In this document: positions 29,720 to 40,076 of the stretch, piece after piece
Layout of the letters: every line of letters starts with the position of its first letter
Position numbering within the stretch: position 1 is the stretch's first letter
NCBI GenBank assembly: GCA_964623375.1
Contig: CAZUTS010000004.1
Location: 68,650 to 132,649 of the forward strand
Direction: 5' to 3'
Origin: an uncultured Anaerolineaceae bacterium
GTDB taxonomy: Bacteria; Chloroflexota; Anaerolineae; Anaerolineales; UBA11579
DNA: 64,000 nucleotides
Translations under genes and position numbers: made by a program
Notes under the pieces: generated by a model
The model's database searches: none
Told to the model about the DNA's origin: nothing
The model's input: the letters and a program-made list of their open reading frames with translations, nothing else

Positions 29720-30895
29720 ATGGATGCGCCCGCGCGCCGCTACTTTGACTATGCCGCCACCACACCGCTTGACCCGCGCGTGTGGCAGGCCATGCAGCCC
29801 TATTTCGAGGCCGAGTTCGGCAACCCGTCGTCGGTGCACGGCTACGGCCAGCGCGCCGAGGCCGCCGTGGAGCAGGCCCGCGGCAGGCTGGCCACCGCGC
29901 TCGGCTGCCAACCTGAGGAGCTGCTGTTCACCTCAGGCGGCACCGAGAGTGACAATCTAGCCCTGCGCGGCGCCGCCCTGGCCGCCCGCCGCCTGCGCGG
30001 CGCCAACCGTTTGCTGGTCAGCCCGGTTGAGCACCCGGCCGTGACGCGCACCGCGCAACAACTGACAAGCCAGTTCGGCTTTGAGCTCACCCTATTGCCG
30101 GTAGACGAATACGGCCAGGCAAACCCGCAAGACGTGGCGCGCTTGCTCACGCCGGATACCGCACTGGTTTCAGTCATCCTGGCCAACAACGAGATCGGCA
30201 CCATCAACCCCATCAGCGAGATCGCCGCCATTTGCCGCGAACGTGGCGTGGTGTTGCACAGTGATGCGGTGCAAGCTCCCGCCTACATGCCGCTCAATGT
30301 GAACGACCTGGGTATAGACCTGCTCAGCCTGGGGGCGCATAAGCTCTATGGCCCCAAGGGGGTCGGCGTGCTGTATGTGCGTGAAGGCACACCGCTACAG
30401 GCCATGCAAACCGGCGGCAGCCACGAGAGCGGCCTGCGTGCCGGTACGCACAACGTGCCATACATCGTGGGTATGGCCGAAGCGTTTGAGTTGGCGCAAG
30501 CTGAAATCAGCCAATCGATTAATCGATTGATCGATTTACGCAACAAACTTATCACAGCCATCCTTGAGGAAGTCCCGGATTCAAGATTGACCGGCCACCC
30601 CAGCAAGCGGTTGCCCAACCACGCCAGCCTTGTGTTCCAAGGGATGGACGGCAACGCGCTGCTGATGCTGCTGGATGACGCCGGCTTCGCCTGCTCGTCT
30701 GGCTCCGCCTGCAAAACCGGTGACCCGCAACCCAGCGAGGTCTTGCTGGCGATGGGCATCGCGCCAGACTGGGCCGCAGGCTCCCTGCGCCTGACGCTGT
30801 GCAAGCACACCAGCGAAGCAGACGTAGACGCGCTGCTGGCAGCGCTGCCCGGCTTGGTGGAACGCGCGCGCAGCTTGGAAATAATCCACAGATGA
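29720..30895 (+). CDS. Cysteine desulfurase (NifS/IscS class V PLP enzyme)
   Basis: SGGTESDN, HKLYGPKG (PLP lysine) and SSGSAC catalytic loop. The stop codon lies inside a family-B repeat arm. Confidence 0.9.
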   Translation: MDAPARRYFDYAATTPLDPRVWQAMQPYFEAEFGNPSSVHGYGQRAEAAVEQARGRLATALGCQPEELLFTSGGTESDNLALRGAALAARRLRGANRLLVSPVEHPAVTRTAQQLTSQFGFELTLLPVDEYGQANPQDVARLLTPDTALVSVILANNEIGTINPISEIAAICRERGVVLHSDAVQAPAYMPLNVNDLGIDLLSLGAHKLYGPKGVGVLYVREGTPLQAMQTGGSHESGLRAGTHNVPYIVGMAEAFELAQAEISQSINRLIDLRNKLITAILEEVPDSRLTGHPSKRLPNHASLVFQGMDGNALLMLLDDAGFACSSGSACKTGDPQPSEVLLAMGIAPDWAAGSLRLTLCKHTSEADVDALLAALPGLVERARSLEIIHR

Positions 30896-30969
30896 ACATA
30901 GATACAAAACCGATAAAGAAGATAGATACATCTGATTTCATCGCCTTATGCATCTGTGTCTATCTGTGG
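30886..30969. repeat. Family-B palindromic element, complete copy
   Basis: CCACAGATGAACATAGAT (30886-30903) opposes ATCTGTGTCTATCTGTGG (30952-30969). It lies between the desulfurase and mnmA. Confidence 0.8.
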
Positions 30970-30985
30970 ATTGAGGACGGTTTGG

Positions 30986-32125
30986 ATGACTAAGCCCAAA
31001 GTCGTCGTTGCCATGAGCGGCGGCGTAGACAGCTCCGTGGCGGCCGCGCTGCTCAAACAACAAGGCTACGAAGTCATTGGCATGATGCTGCGCCTGTGGA
31101 GCGAGCCGGGGCGCGAGGCCAGCAACCGCTGCTGCACGCCGGCCGCCATGAGCGTAGCGCGCCGTGTGGCCGGCCAGCTCGATATTCCTTTCTACGCCAT
31201 CAACGCGCAGGAGAACTTTCACGACGTGGTCGTAAAGTCCTTCCTGGATGGATACGCCAACGGCGGCACCCCGAACCCCTGTCTGGCCTGCAACCGTGAG
31301 ATACGTTGGGACTATCTGCTCAACCGCGCCCTGGCTCTGGGCGCCGACTTCATGGCTACCGGCCACTATGTACGTCTGACGCGCGCCGAGAATGAACCTG
31401 TGCGTTTGTTTGAAGCGCTGGATAGCCACAAAGACCAGTCGTACGTGCTGCATGTGCTCAATCAGGCTAAATTGCAGCACGCCCTGTTCCCATTGGGCGA
31501 GCTGACCAAGCCAGAGGTGCGTGCCATCGCCGCCGATCTCAAGCTACCGGCAGCCACATCGAAAGAGAGCATGGATCTGTGCTTCCTGGCCGGGCAAGAC
31601 TATCGTGAGTTCTTACAGCGCTACCAGCCGCAGTTGGCACAGCCTGGCACTATCATCAGCGTGGGTGGCGAAGCGCTCGGCGAGCATAGCGGCCTGGCAC
31701 ACTACACCATCGGCCAGCGCAAAGGGTTGGGCATTCCCGCCGCCCGTCCACTATACGTGATCGCCAAGGACACAGCGCGCAATCAACTCATTGTGGGCTT
31801 TGAAGAAGACCTGGGCGGCAGCCAACTGCTCACTGAACCCATGCACTGGGTCAGCGGCAACGCTCCGCAGCACACCTTCGATGCTGAGGTCAAGATACGC
31901 TACAGCGCCCGCAAGGCCGCCGCACGCGTCACACCGCAAGCGGATGGCTGCGCCAGCATCCACTTCACGCAGCCCATGCGTGACATCACGCCGGGCCAGG
32001 CCGCAGTGGTGTATGTGAACGGTGAGGTACTGGGTGGTGGCTTGATCGCGTCTGCAGCCGTAGCGGAAGACAGAAAATTAAATCACTCTGCGCCTGAATC
32101 AATTACACTCTTGGGTATGCAATAA
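30986..32125 (+). CDS. mnmA: tRNA 2-thiouridine(34) synthase
   Basis: PP-loop VVVAMSGGVDSS and conserved CC/CN motifs. ATG 30986 is preferred because track start 30956 lies in the repeat arm. Confidence 0.92.
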   Translation: MTKPKVVVAMSGGVDSSVAAALLKQQGYEVIGMMLRLWSEPGREASNRCCTPAAMSVARRVAGQLDIPFYAINAQENFHDVVVKSFLDGYANGGTPNPCLACNREIRWDYLLNRALALGADFMATGHYVRLTRAENEPVRLFEALDSHKDQSYVLHVLNQAKLQHALFPLGELTKPEVRAIAADLKLPAATSKESMDLCFLAGQDYREFLQRYQPQLAQPGTIISVGGEALGEHSGLAHYTIGQRKGLGIPAARPLYVIAKDTARNQLIVGFEEDLGGSQLLTEPMHWVSGNAPQHTFDAEVKIRYSARKAAARVTPQADGCASIHFTQPMRDITPGQAAVVYVNGEVLGGGLIASAAVAEDRKLNHSAPESITLLGMQ

Positions 32126-32128
32126 GCT

Positions 32129-32237
32129 GTCATTCCGACCCGCAGCGTAGCGAAGGGGAGGAATCCTTTAGGGCAGAATAGCACCCACTTTTTTTGACCT
32201 AAAGGATTCCTCTGTCGCTTCGCTCCCTCGGAATGAC
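32129..32237. repeat. Family-A palindromic element, complete copy
   Basis: GTCATTCCGAC...GGAGGAATCCTTTAGGG ... CCTAAAGGATTCCTC...TCGGAATGAC. Confidence 0.85.
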
Positions 32238-32248
32238 TAGAAACTGCC

Positions 32249-32512
32249 ATGACCTTTCCCTCTTTCATCCTCGGCACAACCATTGCTACGCTCTTTGGCG
32301 CAGGCTTCCACCTATGGCGCGGCGGCGGCATGGGCCGCCTGCTCTTGTACCTCGGCCTAGCGTGGGGTGGCTTTTGGGGCGGCCACATCATTGCCCAGCA
32401 AGCCAGCCTCACCCTATTCCGTCTAGGCCCCTTGTATCTGGGCATCGCCGTGTTGCTTAGCCTGACCGCCTTGTTCGTTGGCCATTGGATCTTTGTTGTG
32501 CGGCCGCAATGA
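32249..32512 (+). CDS. Small membrane protein (3 predicted TM helices)
   Basis: Hydrophobic 87-aa ORF. Its stop overlaps the trmI start (ATGA at 32509-32512). Confidence 0.6.
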   Translation: MTFPSFILGTTIATLFGAGFHLWRGGGMGRLLLYLGLAWGGFWGGHIIAQQASLTLFRLGPLYLGIAVLLSLTALFVGHWIFVVRPQ

Positions 32513-33318
32513 GCCAAGCTAGCAGCCATACACGCGCCGGTGATCTGGCTTACCTGCTCGGCCCTCGCAATCATTCCCTCTCCGTGCTCCTGGCCCCGGG
32601 CGAGCGCGTGCACAGCATGCACGGCATCCTCGAACATGAAGACCTCATCGGGCGCGAATGGGGCTCGCAGGTCAGCACGCACCTCGGCAAAGTGTTCACC
32701 CTGCTGCAACCTGCGCTGGATGATGTACTGCGTGATATGGAGCGCGCCAGCCAGGTCATCTATCCCAAGGATATTGGCTACATTCTGCTGAGCATGGGGG
32801 TTGGGCCGGGCAGCGATGTCATCGAGGCTGGCACCGGCTCCGGGGCGTTCACCGTGGCGCTGGCGCACAGCGTTGGCCACGAGGGCCACGTGTACAGCTA
32901 TGAGCGCCGCCCCGAGGCGCAGGAGATGGCACGCCGCAACCTGACCCGCCTCGGCCTGCAAGCACGCGTCACTTTGCATGCGCATGATATTGGCGAAGGC
33001 TTCTACGAGACTGGCGCGCTCGCCCTGTTTCTGGACCTGCCAAACCCCGAAGACTATCTGGCGCAGGCACGCGCCGCCATGCAACCCGGCGGCTTCTTTG
33101 GCAGTATCCTGCCAACCACCAATCAGGTCAATACCTTGCTGGCAGCGCTCAACGAACATCATTTTGGCTTTGTGGAAGTATCTGAGATCATGCACCGTTA
33201 TTACAAACCCACTGCTGGCCGACTGCGCCCCGCTGACACGATGGTGGCGCACACCGGCTTCCTCATCTTTGCCCGCCGCCTGAGCAAGGGCCAAACAGGA
33301 GCGCAACATGGCGGATAA
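32509..33318 (+). CDS. trmI: tRNA (adenine-N1)-methyltransferase, TrmI/GCD14 family
   Basis: SAM motif VIEAGTGSGAFTVALA and LFLDLPNP motif. Confidence 0.88.
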   Translation: MSQASSHTRAGDLAYLLGPRNHSLSVLLAPGERVHSMHGILEHEDLIGREWGSQVSTHLGKVFTLLQPALDDVLRDMERASQVIYPKDIGYILLSMGVGPGSDVIEAGTGSGAFTVALAHSVGHEGHVYSYERRPEAQEMARRNLTRLGLQARVTLHAHDIGEGFYETGALALFLDLPNPEDYLAQARAAMQPGGFFGSILPTTNQVNTLLAALNEHHFGFVEVSEIMHRYYKPTAGRLRPADTMVAHTGFLIFARRLSKGQTGAQHGG

Positions 33319-33895
33319 TTCTCGCCGCCGCTTCCGCTATGCACGCCGCCCCGTGGCCGAGCGCATGAAAGACTTCAAAGAGCGCAAACCGCGTGGGCCG
33401 CTGGTGGCGGGCCGCTCGCTGAACCCGCGCCAGCAAAAAGAGCTGCGCCGTGCCAACCATCTGCTCAGCATTGGCGACCATGCCAATGCCGCCATCTTGT
33501 TTGAAGACATGGCTGGCCGCGCCCACGATCGCAGCATTCTGTACCCCGCCGCCATGCTGCTGGTGCAAGCGGCACATGCCCATCTGATGGCAGAGAATGC
33601 CGAGGCGTCTCTGGCTACCGCCCGCCGTGGCTTTGACCTGCTGGCCAGCCAGGAACGCTGGCACACGCTGCAACACGAAGGGCAGCGCTACCTAGGCGAG
33701 CTGCGTGCCGCGCAACACGGCGAGCCGGCCGAGCGGCTCGCCGTCTGGATTGCCGAGACCCTGCCGGCAACGCTGCCCGCCGCGCCGGCCACTAGTGAAA
33801 CCTGCCCCTACTGCGGCGCACACGGCAGCCTGGAAGCGCTGGCGGCTGGCCGCGCCAGCAGCTGCCGCTATTGCGGCAGCGTGGTCCTGCTGTGA
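33308..33895 (+). CDS. Hypothetical protein with a C-terminal CxxC...CxxC zinc ribbon
   Basis: Overlaps the trmI end by 11 nt. CPYCGA...CRYCGS at the C-terminus. No family recognised. Confidence 0.55.
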   Translation: MADNSRRRFRYARRPVAERMKDFKERKPRGPLVAGRSLNPRQQKELRRANHLLSIGDHANAAILFEDMAGRAHDRSILYPAAMLLVQAAHAHLMAENAEASLATARRGFDLLASQERWHTLQHEGQRYLGELRAAQHGEPAERLAVWIAETLPATLPAAPATSETCPYCGAHGSLEALAAGRASSCRYCGSVVLL

Positions 33896-34503
33896 TGGCT
33901 ATCCTGAATCTCAGCGAAGACGATATACGCACCCGGCTGGCGGCGCGCCTGGCCGACCCAGCCATTGGCGTGATGAACGAGGGCTACGCCGTGGACGAAC
34001 CGCGGCCCGCTGCCGTGCTGCTGCCACTGCTGCGCCAGGACAATGAGTGGCACCTGCTCTACATCCTGCGTTCTGTGCATAAAGGTGACATGCACAGCGG
34101 CCAGGTGGCCTTCCCCGGCGGCCGTGTAGAGCCAGATGATGCCAGCGCGGCACAGGCCGCCCTGCGCGAAGCGCAGGAGGAAATCAACCTGGCGCCAGAG
34201 CAGGTGCGCTTGCTTGGGAATTTAGAGGACTTTATTACGATCAGCAGCTACCGCGTCACGCCCGTGGTGGGTGTGATCCCCTGGCCGGTGAAGCTGGACC
34301 CGCAACCCGGCGAGGTGCAACGCATCTTCACCATTCCACTGCCCTGGCTGGCCGAGCCGGCCAACCGCGAGGAACGCGAGCGCATTACACCCAACGGCAC
34401 TCCGGTGCAGGTGGTTTACTTCAGCCTCTACGAACGCGAGCTGCTGTGGGGCATCACGGCGCGCATCACGCTCAACTTCTTGCAGGCCATGGGCCTGGCT
34501 TAG
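33895..34503 (+). CDS. NUDIX hydrolase (CoA pyrophosphatase-like)
   Basis: Nudix box GGRVEPDDASAAQAALREAQEEINL. TGATG overlap with the upstream ORF. Confidence 0.85.
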   Translation: MAILNLSEDDIRTRLAARLADPAIGVMNEGYAVDEPRPAAVLLPLLRQDNEWHLLYILRSVHKGDMHSGQVAFPGGRVEPDDASAAQAALREAQEEINLAPEQVRLLGNLEDFITISSYRVTPVVGVIPWPVKLDPQPGEVQRIFTIPLPWLAEPANREERERITPNGTPVQVVYFSLYERELLWGITARITLNFLQAMGLA

Positions 34504-34507
34504 GTAA

Positions 34508-34526
34508 GCCAGGCTAGCAGCCTGGC
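34508..34526. terminator. Hairpin between convergent genes (terminator-like, no clear U-tract)
   Basis: GCCAGGCT-agc-AGCCTGGC. Confidence 0.4.
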
Positions 34527-34528
34527 AT

Positions 34529-36040
34529 CTAGCCTTGTAGCTGCACCATGTCGCGCCAGCGGTGGCCGTGCTCAGCGATGAACTTGTCGCTCTCGTCTGG
34601 TCCCCAGCTGCCCGGGGCATACTGCGGCAGCTTGCGCGCAGGCTGCGCATTCCATGCCTGCATCACCCCATCGATAAATTTCCACGCCTCGAGCACTTCG
34701 TCGCGGCGCGTGAAGAGGGTCGCATCGCCCTGCATGCAATCGAGCAACAGGCGCTCGTAGGCTTCGGGCGTGCTGCTGCCGAAGGCCTCCGCATATGAGA
34801 AATCCATCTTGACCGACTTGAGCTTATTGTCCGGCCCAGGCACCTTGGCGCCAAAGGTCAGCGTGATGCCTTCGTCCGGCTGGATATTCAGCACCAGCCG
34901 GTTGGGGGCGTCGCCCGCCATATTCTGCGCACCGAACAAGGCCAGCGGCACCTGACGATACTGGATGGCGATCTCGGTCACACGCTCAGCGAGATGCTTG
35001 CCTGAGCGAATGAAGAACGGCACGCCCGCCCAACGCCAGTTGTCGATGGCGACGCGCATCGCCAGGAAGGTCTCGGTCTGCGAGTGCTTGGCGACACCCT
35101 CGTGGTCTAAATACGCATCCACCTTTTTGTCATCCTGCTTGCCAGCGGCGTACTGAGCGCGCAGCGTGCTGCGCAGCGCCTCATCTCCGGTGAGCGGACG
35201 CAGGGCGCGTAGCACCTTGACCTTTTCATCGCGCACGGCATCTGCGTTGAAGGCTACGGGCGATTCCATGGCGGTCAGCGTGAGCAGCTGCAAGGCATGG
35301 TTCTGCACAATATCGCGAATCACGCCAGCGCTATCAAAGTAGGCGGCGCGGCCATCCACACCGATCGTCTCCGCCACGGTGATCTGCACACAGTTGACGT
35401 AACGACGGTTCCACAGCGGCTCAAAGATTCCGTTGGCAAAGCGGAAGAACAGAATGTTCTGCACGGTCTCTTTGCCCAGATAGTGGTCAATGCGATAGAT
35501 CTGCTCTTCGTCAAAGACGTTGTGAATGATGGCTTCCAGCTCTTGGGCAGAAGCCAGGTCATGCCCGTACGGCTTCTCCACGATGACCCGCGTCCAGCCC
35601 TGCTCATTGCTGGCCAGGCCGCTCTCACCCAGATTGGCGATAATGGTTTCGTACACGCTGGGTGGCGTGGCGAGGTAGTAGAGACGGTTATAGGCGCCCA
35701 ACTCCTCCAGGCGCGTCTTGAGGCGCGCATAACCCGGCCTCTCGCCAAAGTCACCATAAACGTATTGCATGCGGCCAAGCAACTGGCTCAATGCGCCTTC
35801 GTCCATCGGCTTGCTGCGCGCAAAGGTCTCTATGGCTACACGCATTTCGCTACGGAGCTTGTCGTCGTCCCACTCGCGGCGGCCCACACCGATGATGGTG
35901 GTGTCATCGGGCAACTGGCCAGCGAGCACCAGCTGATACAGGGCCGGTACCAGCTTGCGGTGCGCTAGATCACCCGTGATGCCAAAGATCACCAGCGCAG
36001 TAGCCCCGCCCTTGTGCCCGTTCGATTTGGCGGCGCTCAT
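34529..36040 (-). CDS. zwf: Glucose-6-phosphate dehydrogenase
   Basis: NADP-binding [14 protein letters not shown] and active-site RIDHYLGKE. Confidence 0.95.
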   Translation of the reverse strand: MSAAKSNGHKGGATALVIFGITGDLAHRKLVPALYQLVLAGQLPDDTTIIGVGRREWDDDKLRSEMRVAIETFARSKPMDEGALSQLLGRMQYVYGDFGERPGYARLKTRLEELGAYNRLYYLATPPSVYETIIANLGESGLASNEQGWTRVIVEKPYGHDLASAQELEAIIHNVFDEEQIYRIDHYLGKETVQNILFFRFANGIFEPLWNRRYVNCVQITVAETIGVDGRAAYFDSAGVIRDIVQNHALQLLTLTAMESPVAFNADAVRDEKVKVLRALRPLTGDEALRSTLRAQYAAGKQDDKKVDAYLDHEGVAKHSQTETFLAMRVAIDNWRWAGVPFFIRSGKHLAERVTEIAIQYRQVPLALFGAQNMAGDAPNRLVLNIQPDEGITLTFGAKVPGPDNKLKSVKMDFSYAEAFGSSTPEAYERLLLDCMQGDATLFTRRDEVLEAWKFIDGVMQAWNAQPARKLPQYAPGSWGPDESDKFIAEHGHRWRDMVQLQG

Positions 36041-36948
36041 TCAGCCTTCTTGACCGCATGGCCGCCGAATTGGTTGCGCAGCGCGGCAATGAGCTTGTTG
36101 GCGTAGCTCTCCGGTTTGCGGCTGGCAAAGCGCTGCATTAGTGAAAGCGTGATCACCGGCGCCGAAACATCCTGGTTGATGGCCTCGAAAACGGTCCAAC
36201 GCCCCTCGCCAGAATCTTCTACGTAACCAGCGATATCCGTGAGCTCGGCGTCAGATTCCAGTGCACGCGCCGTCAAATCCAGCAACCAGGAGCGCACTAC
36301 GGTGCCATGCCGCCACATCTCGGCGATCTGGTACACATCCAGCGCAAACTCCTCTTTAGTGGCCATGAGCTCGAAGCCCTCGGCGTAGGCCTGCATCAGG
36401 CCGTACTCGATGCCGTTGTGCACCATCTTGACGTAATGGCCGGCTCCGCTGGGGCCAACGCGCCCCCAGCCTTTGTCCTCGGCGGGAGCGAGGCTTTTGA
36501 AAATGGGCTCCAGGCGGCTGACGGCGGCAGCATCCCCACCGATCATCAGGCCATAGCCATTCTCCAGCCCCCACACGCCGCCGCTGACGCCCACATCCAC
36601 ATAGTGGATGCCGCGCTCGGCCAGCGTGGCGGCACGGCGCATACTGTCACGGAAGTTGGCGTTGCCGCCGTCGATGATGGTGTCTCCAGCATTGAGGAGG
36701 CCGCTGAGCTCGGTGATCGTGCCCTCGGTCACTTCGCCTGCGGGCAGCATCAGCCACACGACGCGCGGCGCCTCAAGCTGCGCCACCGCCTCAGCCAGCG
36801 AGAAGGCGGGCAACAGGCCAGCCTCTTGCTGCAGCTGGCGCGTGGGCTCCTCGGTGAGGTTGTAGCCCACTACGACGTGCCCCGCTTTGAGCAAACGGCG
36901 GCTCATGTTGCCGCCCATGCGGCCCAAACCAATCATGGCGATTTTCAT
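36037..36948 (-). CDS. gnd: 6-phosphogluconate dehydrogenase, decarboxylating (short, about 300-aa form)
   Basis: [15 protein letters not shown] Rossmann N-terminus and [16 protein letters not shown] motif. 4-nt overlap with zwf. Confidence 0.9.
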   Translation of the reverse strand: MKIAMIGLGRMGGNMSRRLLKAGHVVVGYNLTEEPTRQLQQEAGLLPAFSLAEAVAQLEAPRVVWLMLPAGEVTEGTITELSGLLNAGDTIIDGGNANFRDSMRRAATLAERGIHYVDVGVSGGVWGLENGYGLMIGGDAAAVSRLEPIFKSLAPAEDKGWGRVGPSGAGHYVKMVHNGIEYGLMQAYAEGFELMATKEEFALDVYQIAEMWRHGTVVRSWLLDLTARALESDAELTDIAGYVEDSGEGRWTVFEAINQDVSAPVITLSLMQRFASRKPESYANKLIAALRNQFGGHAVKKAE

Positions 36949-37045
36949 TGCTTGACTCCTAGTGCACCTTCATTAGCAAGTGAACAGCAATCAGTAAGCA
37001 GGAACGCTCATTTGTTTTTCCTGTTCACTATTCCCTGTTCGCTGC

Positions 37046-37411
37046 TCACTTTTTCGTAGATTTTTCAAGTCTCTTTAAATGGGCCTGGGCCACTTTGCGT
37101 ATCAAGCCCAGCGGCAGCGGCTTATCCAGTGCAAAACGCAGCGTGCCTTTGGAGACCAGATAAGGCTGGATCTGCTTTTCAACCGCTGGAGACAATTCGG
37201 GGATGGGATAGACCGCCACATGCTTGCTGTGTCCGGCGAAGTAGATCAGATACTTGCCGTCTAGCTTAAAAGCGGCAATGCGATAGCTGATCGACTCTGT
37301 GGCCGTGGGAGCGACCTCACGAATGGTATTGCGAATAGCCTGCAGTTTTTCCTGGGTGGGCTTGGGAAAGGTCTTGATGTATTCACTTACGGTTTGCGGA
37401 ACATCGGCCAT
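37046..37411 (-). CDS. DUF1801 (YdhG-like) domain protein
   Basis: VSEYIKTFPKPTQEKLQAIRNTIREVAP...YFAGHSKHVAVYP pattern. GAGGAGG SD. Confidence 0.75.
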   Translation of the reverse strand: MADVPQTVSEYIKTFPKPTQEKLQAIRNTIREVAPTATESISYRIAAFKLDGKYLIYFAGHSKHVAVYPIPELSPAVEKQIQPYLVSKGTLRFALDKPLPLGLIRKVAQAHLKRLEKSTKK

Positions 37412-37458
37412 GGCAACCTCCTCAGGTCACGGCTCTACTATAGCCCAAAGCCGTAAAG

Positions 37459-37953
37459 TTAAAAACCCCGCGCCCCAATCATCATCGAAACAAAGATGAC
37501 CAGCATGACACACAGCCCCACCCTCGGCACAATGGTCAGCACGGTGACGATGCGTTTGGCCTCGGCTGCGCTGACCTTCATGGCCATCACTTTTACCCCC
37601 GGCTCAATGCGGTGCTCCACAAAGAAGTGAAACAGCGCCAGCAGCAGGCCAAGCGCACCGCCAATGGCAATGAAGGTGCCACGCGGCGAGCTGAAATAGG
37701 GGCCGAGATTTTGCCACCCCGTGATGAGGTAATTGAGCGCGGCGCCCGCCGCCAGGGTGGTGAAGGCCAGCACCGAGGCAAGCTGAAAGATGCGCGGGAA
37801 CACGCGGTTAACAAAATCAAGTCGGGCGGCAGGCTGCATGCGCAATGCGCTTGGCACCAGAACAAAAACAATCACGATGACTTCACCCAGCCAGGCGGCA
37901 CCGGCGAGCACATGCACCCAACGGGCAATGGTTAGTGCACTAATCTCAAACAT
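37459..37953 (-). CDS. Integral membrane protein (4 TM), function unknown
   Basis: Hydrophobic 164-aa ORF. No family recognised. Confidence 0.65.
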   Translation of the reverse strand: MFEISALTIARWVHVLAGAAWLGEVIVIVFVLVPSALRMQPAARLDFVNRVFPRIFQLASVLAFTTLAAGAALNYLITGWQNLGPYFSSPRGTFIAIGGALGLLLALFHFFVEHRIEPGVKVMAMKVSAAEAKRIVTVLTIVPRVGLCVMLVIFVSMMIGARGF

Positions 37954-37959
37954 GCAGAC

Positions 37960-37965
37960 ATCCTA
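37960..37965 (-). promoter_or_regulatory. -10-like box (TAGGAT) of a putative leaderless promoter
   Basis: The minus strand reads TAGGAT-GTCTGC-ATG (ATG 37953). Confidence 0.3.
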
Positions 37966-38025
37966 CTAGGGAGGGCTATTGCAATCCAGATAGCAGGGTG
38001 AAGAGTAATTTCAACCGGAACAGGG

Positions 38026-38781
38026 TTAGTTGCGATGCAAAAAGCGTGCAACCGCCTGACGGCGGTACTCACTATCCCACAGGAATGAGAACAGACGGCG
38101 CTCGGCGTGGCGTGCTACCAGCGGGCTGGCGACGGCGAAACGCAGCAGTCGCTTGGCGGCATGCACCGCTTCCACGGGGTGCTGCGACATTTCAGAGGCC
38201 AGCTCCTGCGCCTTGCTCAGTGCCTGGCCGGACGCGCACAAGTGGCCGACCAAGCCGATGGTCTTGGCCTCTTGCGCCTTCAAGATGCGTGCTGTGGTGA
38301 GCAGCTCCACTGCGGTCGGATAGCCAACCGCTTGAAGCAGGTATCGCGCCCCGCCCCACGCGGTGGTGATGCCCAGGCGGGCGTGCACAAAGCCGATGTC
38401 AGCATCCTCAGCCATGATGCGCTGGTCACATGCCACAGCGATCTCGGCGCCGCCACCGCGTGCTGGGCCGTTGATGGCGGCGATGGTTGGGCAATGCAGA
38501 TCACGCAACTGGCTCAGCGCTTTGCCCATCACAGTGGCGAGGCGCATACCGTCTTTGCGCTTCGTGTAGGGTTCCAGCGCACGCAAGTCTCCACCGGACA
38601 CAAAGGTTGCGCCGGCGCCGGTGATGATGAGGGCGCGCAGATTCTTGTTGGCTGCGGCCTGCTTGATGGCTGCGGCAAACGCATCCATGGCTGCCCAATC
38701 CAGCCCATTACGCACATGCGGGCGGTTGATGGTGAGCGTGGCCACCGCGTGGTCATTGAAGGTGAGCTCGATTCCAGTCAT
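38026..38781 (-). CDS. Enoyl-CoA hydratase/isomerase (crotonase) family protein
   Basis: ATLTINRP..., FVSGGDL and GGGAEIAVACD oxyanion-hole motifs. ATG 38781 is preferred because the track TTG start at 38814 lies in a hairpin. Confidence 0.85.
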   Translation of the reverse strand: MTGIELTFNDHAVATLTINRPHVRNGLDWAAMDAFAAAIKQAAANKNLRALIITGAGATFVSGGDLRALEPYTKRKDGMRLATVMGKALSQLRDLHCPTIAAINGPARGGGAEIAVACDQRIMAEDADIGFVHARLGITTAWGGARYLLQAVGYPTAVELLTTARILKAQEAKTIGLVGHLCASGQALSKAQELASEMSQHPVEAVHAAKRLLRFAVASPLVARHAERRLFSFLWDSEYRRQAVARFLHRN

Positions 38782-38802
38782 AGCAACTGGTCTCTTAAAC
38801 AC

Positions 38803-38830
38803 AACGAGGCGCAAGTGGTTGCGCCTCGTT
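38803..38830. terminator. Terminator-like hairpin downstream of tal
   Basis: AACGAGGCGCAA-gtgg-TTGCGCCTCGTT, a 12-bp stem with T-rich flanks on both strands. Confidence 0.6.
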
Positions 38831-38874
38831 GTTTTGCAAAAAGAATCAGCTATACCATCAGAGACGGCAACTTG

Positions 38875-39999
38875 CTACGAGCGGAACTCAGCTGCCCGCT
38901 GCTCGATGGTGGCAAACAGATCGGCGATGGCCTTGCTGAAAGCAGCCACACCTTCCTGCTCTACTTCATCGGTAGCCTTATCCAAGGACAGGCCAAGCAT
39001 TTCGAGATTCGCAAGCTGAAAGCGCGCCTGATCCATGCCATCTTCGATGGTGAGTTGAGCCGCGGCGTGGTGTTTGACGCCTTCGAGAGTCTGTGGCGGC
39101 ACGGTGTTCACCGTGTCTTTGCCAACCAGCGTATCTACATACAACAGGTCAGGATACGCAGGATTCTTAGTGCTGGTGGAGGCCCACAGCGGGCGCTGCA
39201 CGCGGCCACCCTTCTGCGCCAGCGCAGCAAAGCGCTCTCCGGAGAATTTACCCTTGAAGAGCTGATACGCCAGCTTGGCGTTGGCTACGGCGATCTTGCC
39301 CTTGAGCGCTTCGGCCTTGGCGGCCGTATCGCCGCCCGTAGCAATCAGCGCGTCCAGCCAGCCGTCTACCTTGGTGTCGATACGCGAGATGAAGAACGAA
39401 GCCACCGATGCAATATGCCCGATGGGCAAATTGTTGGCGACACGCTCTTCCAAACCTGCCAGGTAGGCTTCGATCACCTCGCCGTAGCGCTGGCACGAGA
39501 AGATGAGTGTGATGTTGATGTTGATGCCGTGCGCAATGGCCGATTGAATGGCAGGGATGCCAGCCTTGGTGGCGGGAATCTTGACCATCAGGTTGGGCCG
39601 GTCTACCAACGCCCACAGGCGCTGCGCTTCGAGCGCGGTGGCCTCGGTGTCGTGCGCCAAGTCTGGGTGCACTTCAATGCTGACGTAGCCATCACCGCCG
39701 CGTGTGCTGTCGTACAGGGCGCGGAACAGATCGCAGGCGGCCTGAATATCCGCCACGGTGAGCGCATCGTAGATCTCTGCAGTCGTGTGGCCGGCGCGGG
39801 CCAGCTCGGCCAGCTGGCCGTCATAGTCCTGCGACTTGCCAATGGCATTGTTGAAGATGCTGGGGTTTGAGGTGACGCCGTAAATATCGCCACGGTCAAT
39901 CATCGCTTTGAGCTCGCCATTCTCGAGCAGGCGGCGCTCAATGTTGTCGTACCACAGGGACTGGCCCAGGGCATAGAGTTTTTGAGGGTTGGTGGTCAT
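38875..39999 (-). CDS. tal: Transaldolase
   Basis: LWYDNI...GVTSNPSIF and VMVKIPAT (Schiff-base Lys) motifs. AAGGAG SD. Confidence 0.92.
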   Translation of the reverse strand: MTTNPQKLYALGQSLWYDNIERRLLENGELKAMIDRGDIYGVTSNPSIFNNAIGKSQDYDGQLAELARAGHTTAEIYDALTVADIQAACDLFRALYDSTRGGDGYVSIEVHPDLAHDTEATALEAQRLWALVDRPNLMVKIPATKAGIPAIQSAIAHGININITLIFSCQRYGEVIEAYLAGLEERVANNLPIGHIASVASFFISRIDTKVDGWLDALIATGGDTAAKAEALKGKIAVANAKLAYQLFKGKFSGERFAALAQKGGRVQRPLWASTSTKNPAYPDLLYVDTLVGKDTVNTVPPQTLEGVKHHAAAQLTIEDGMDQARFQLANLEMLGLSLDKATDEVEQEGVAAFSKAIADLFATIEQRAAEFRS

Positions 40000-40037
40000 G
40001 AGGACTCCTTTTTAACAAAATACTTTCATCAAGAATT

Positions 40038-40063
40038 AGAGAGTGGAGACTAGAGATTGCAGG
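40038..40063. repeat. Family-C repeat, inverted orientation
   Basis: AGAGAGTGGAGACTAGAGATTGCAGG. Its reverse complement contains TGCAATCTC...CTCCACTCTCT, as at 7384-7400. Confidence 0.6.
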
Positions 40064-40076
40064 TTGGCTCTCAATC

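Noticed and set aside
30513-30538. The palindromic text CAATCGATTAATCGATTGATCGATT inside the desulfurase gene, partly echoed at 59500-59513.
   Set aside because: It encodes an ordinary helix (QSINRLIDL). The second occurrence shares only about 13 nt. Coincidence is the likely explanation.
32083-33309. 408-aa minus-strand ORF.
   Set aside because: It is antisense to trmI and the small membrane gene, and it reads straight through the family-A repeat (32129-32237). Its composition is junk-like. The plus-strand genes have clear motifs and coupled starts.
38107-39870. 587-aa plus-strand ORF, the longest unexplained ORF in the track.
   Set aside because: It runs antisense to the well-supported enoyl-CoA hydratase and transaldolase genes. 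It is Arg/Gly/Ala/His-rich with no motif. This is the typical shadow ORF of high-GC DNA.
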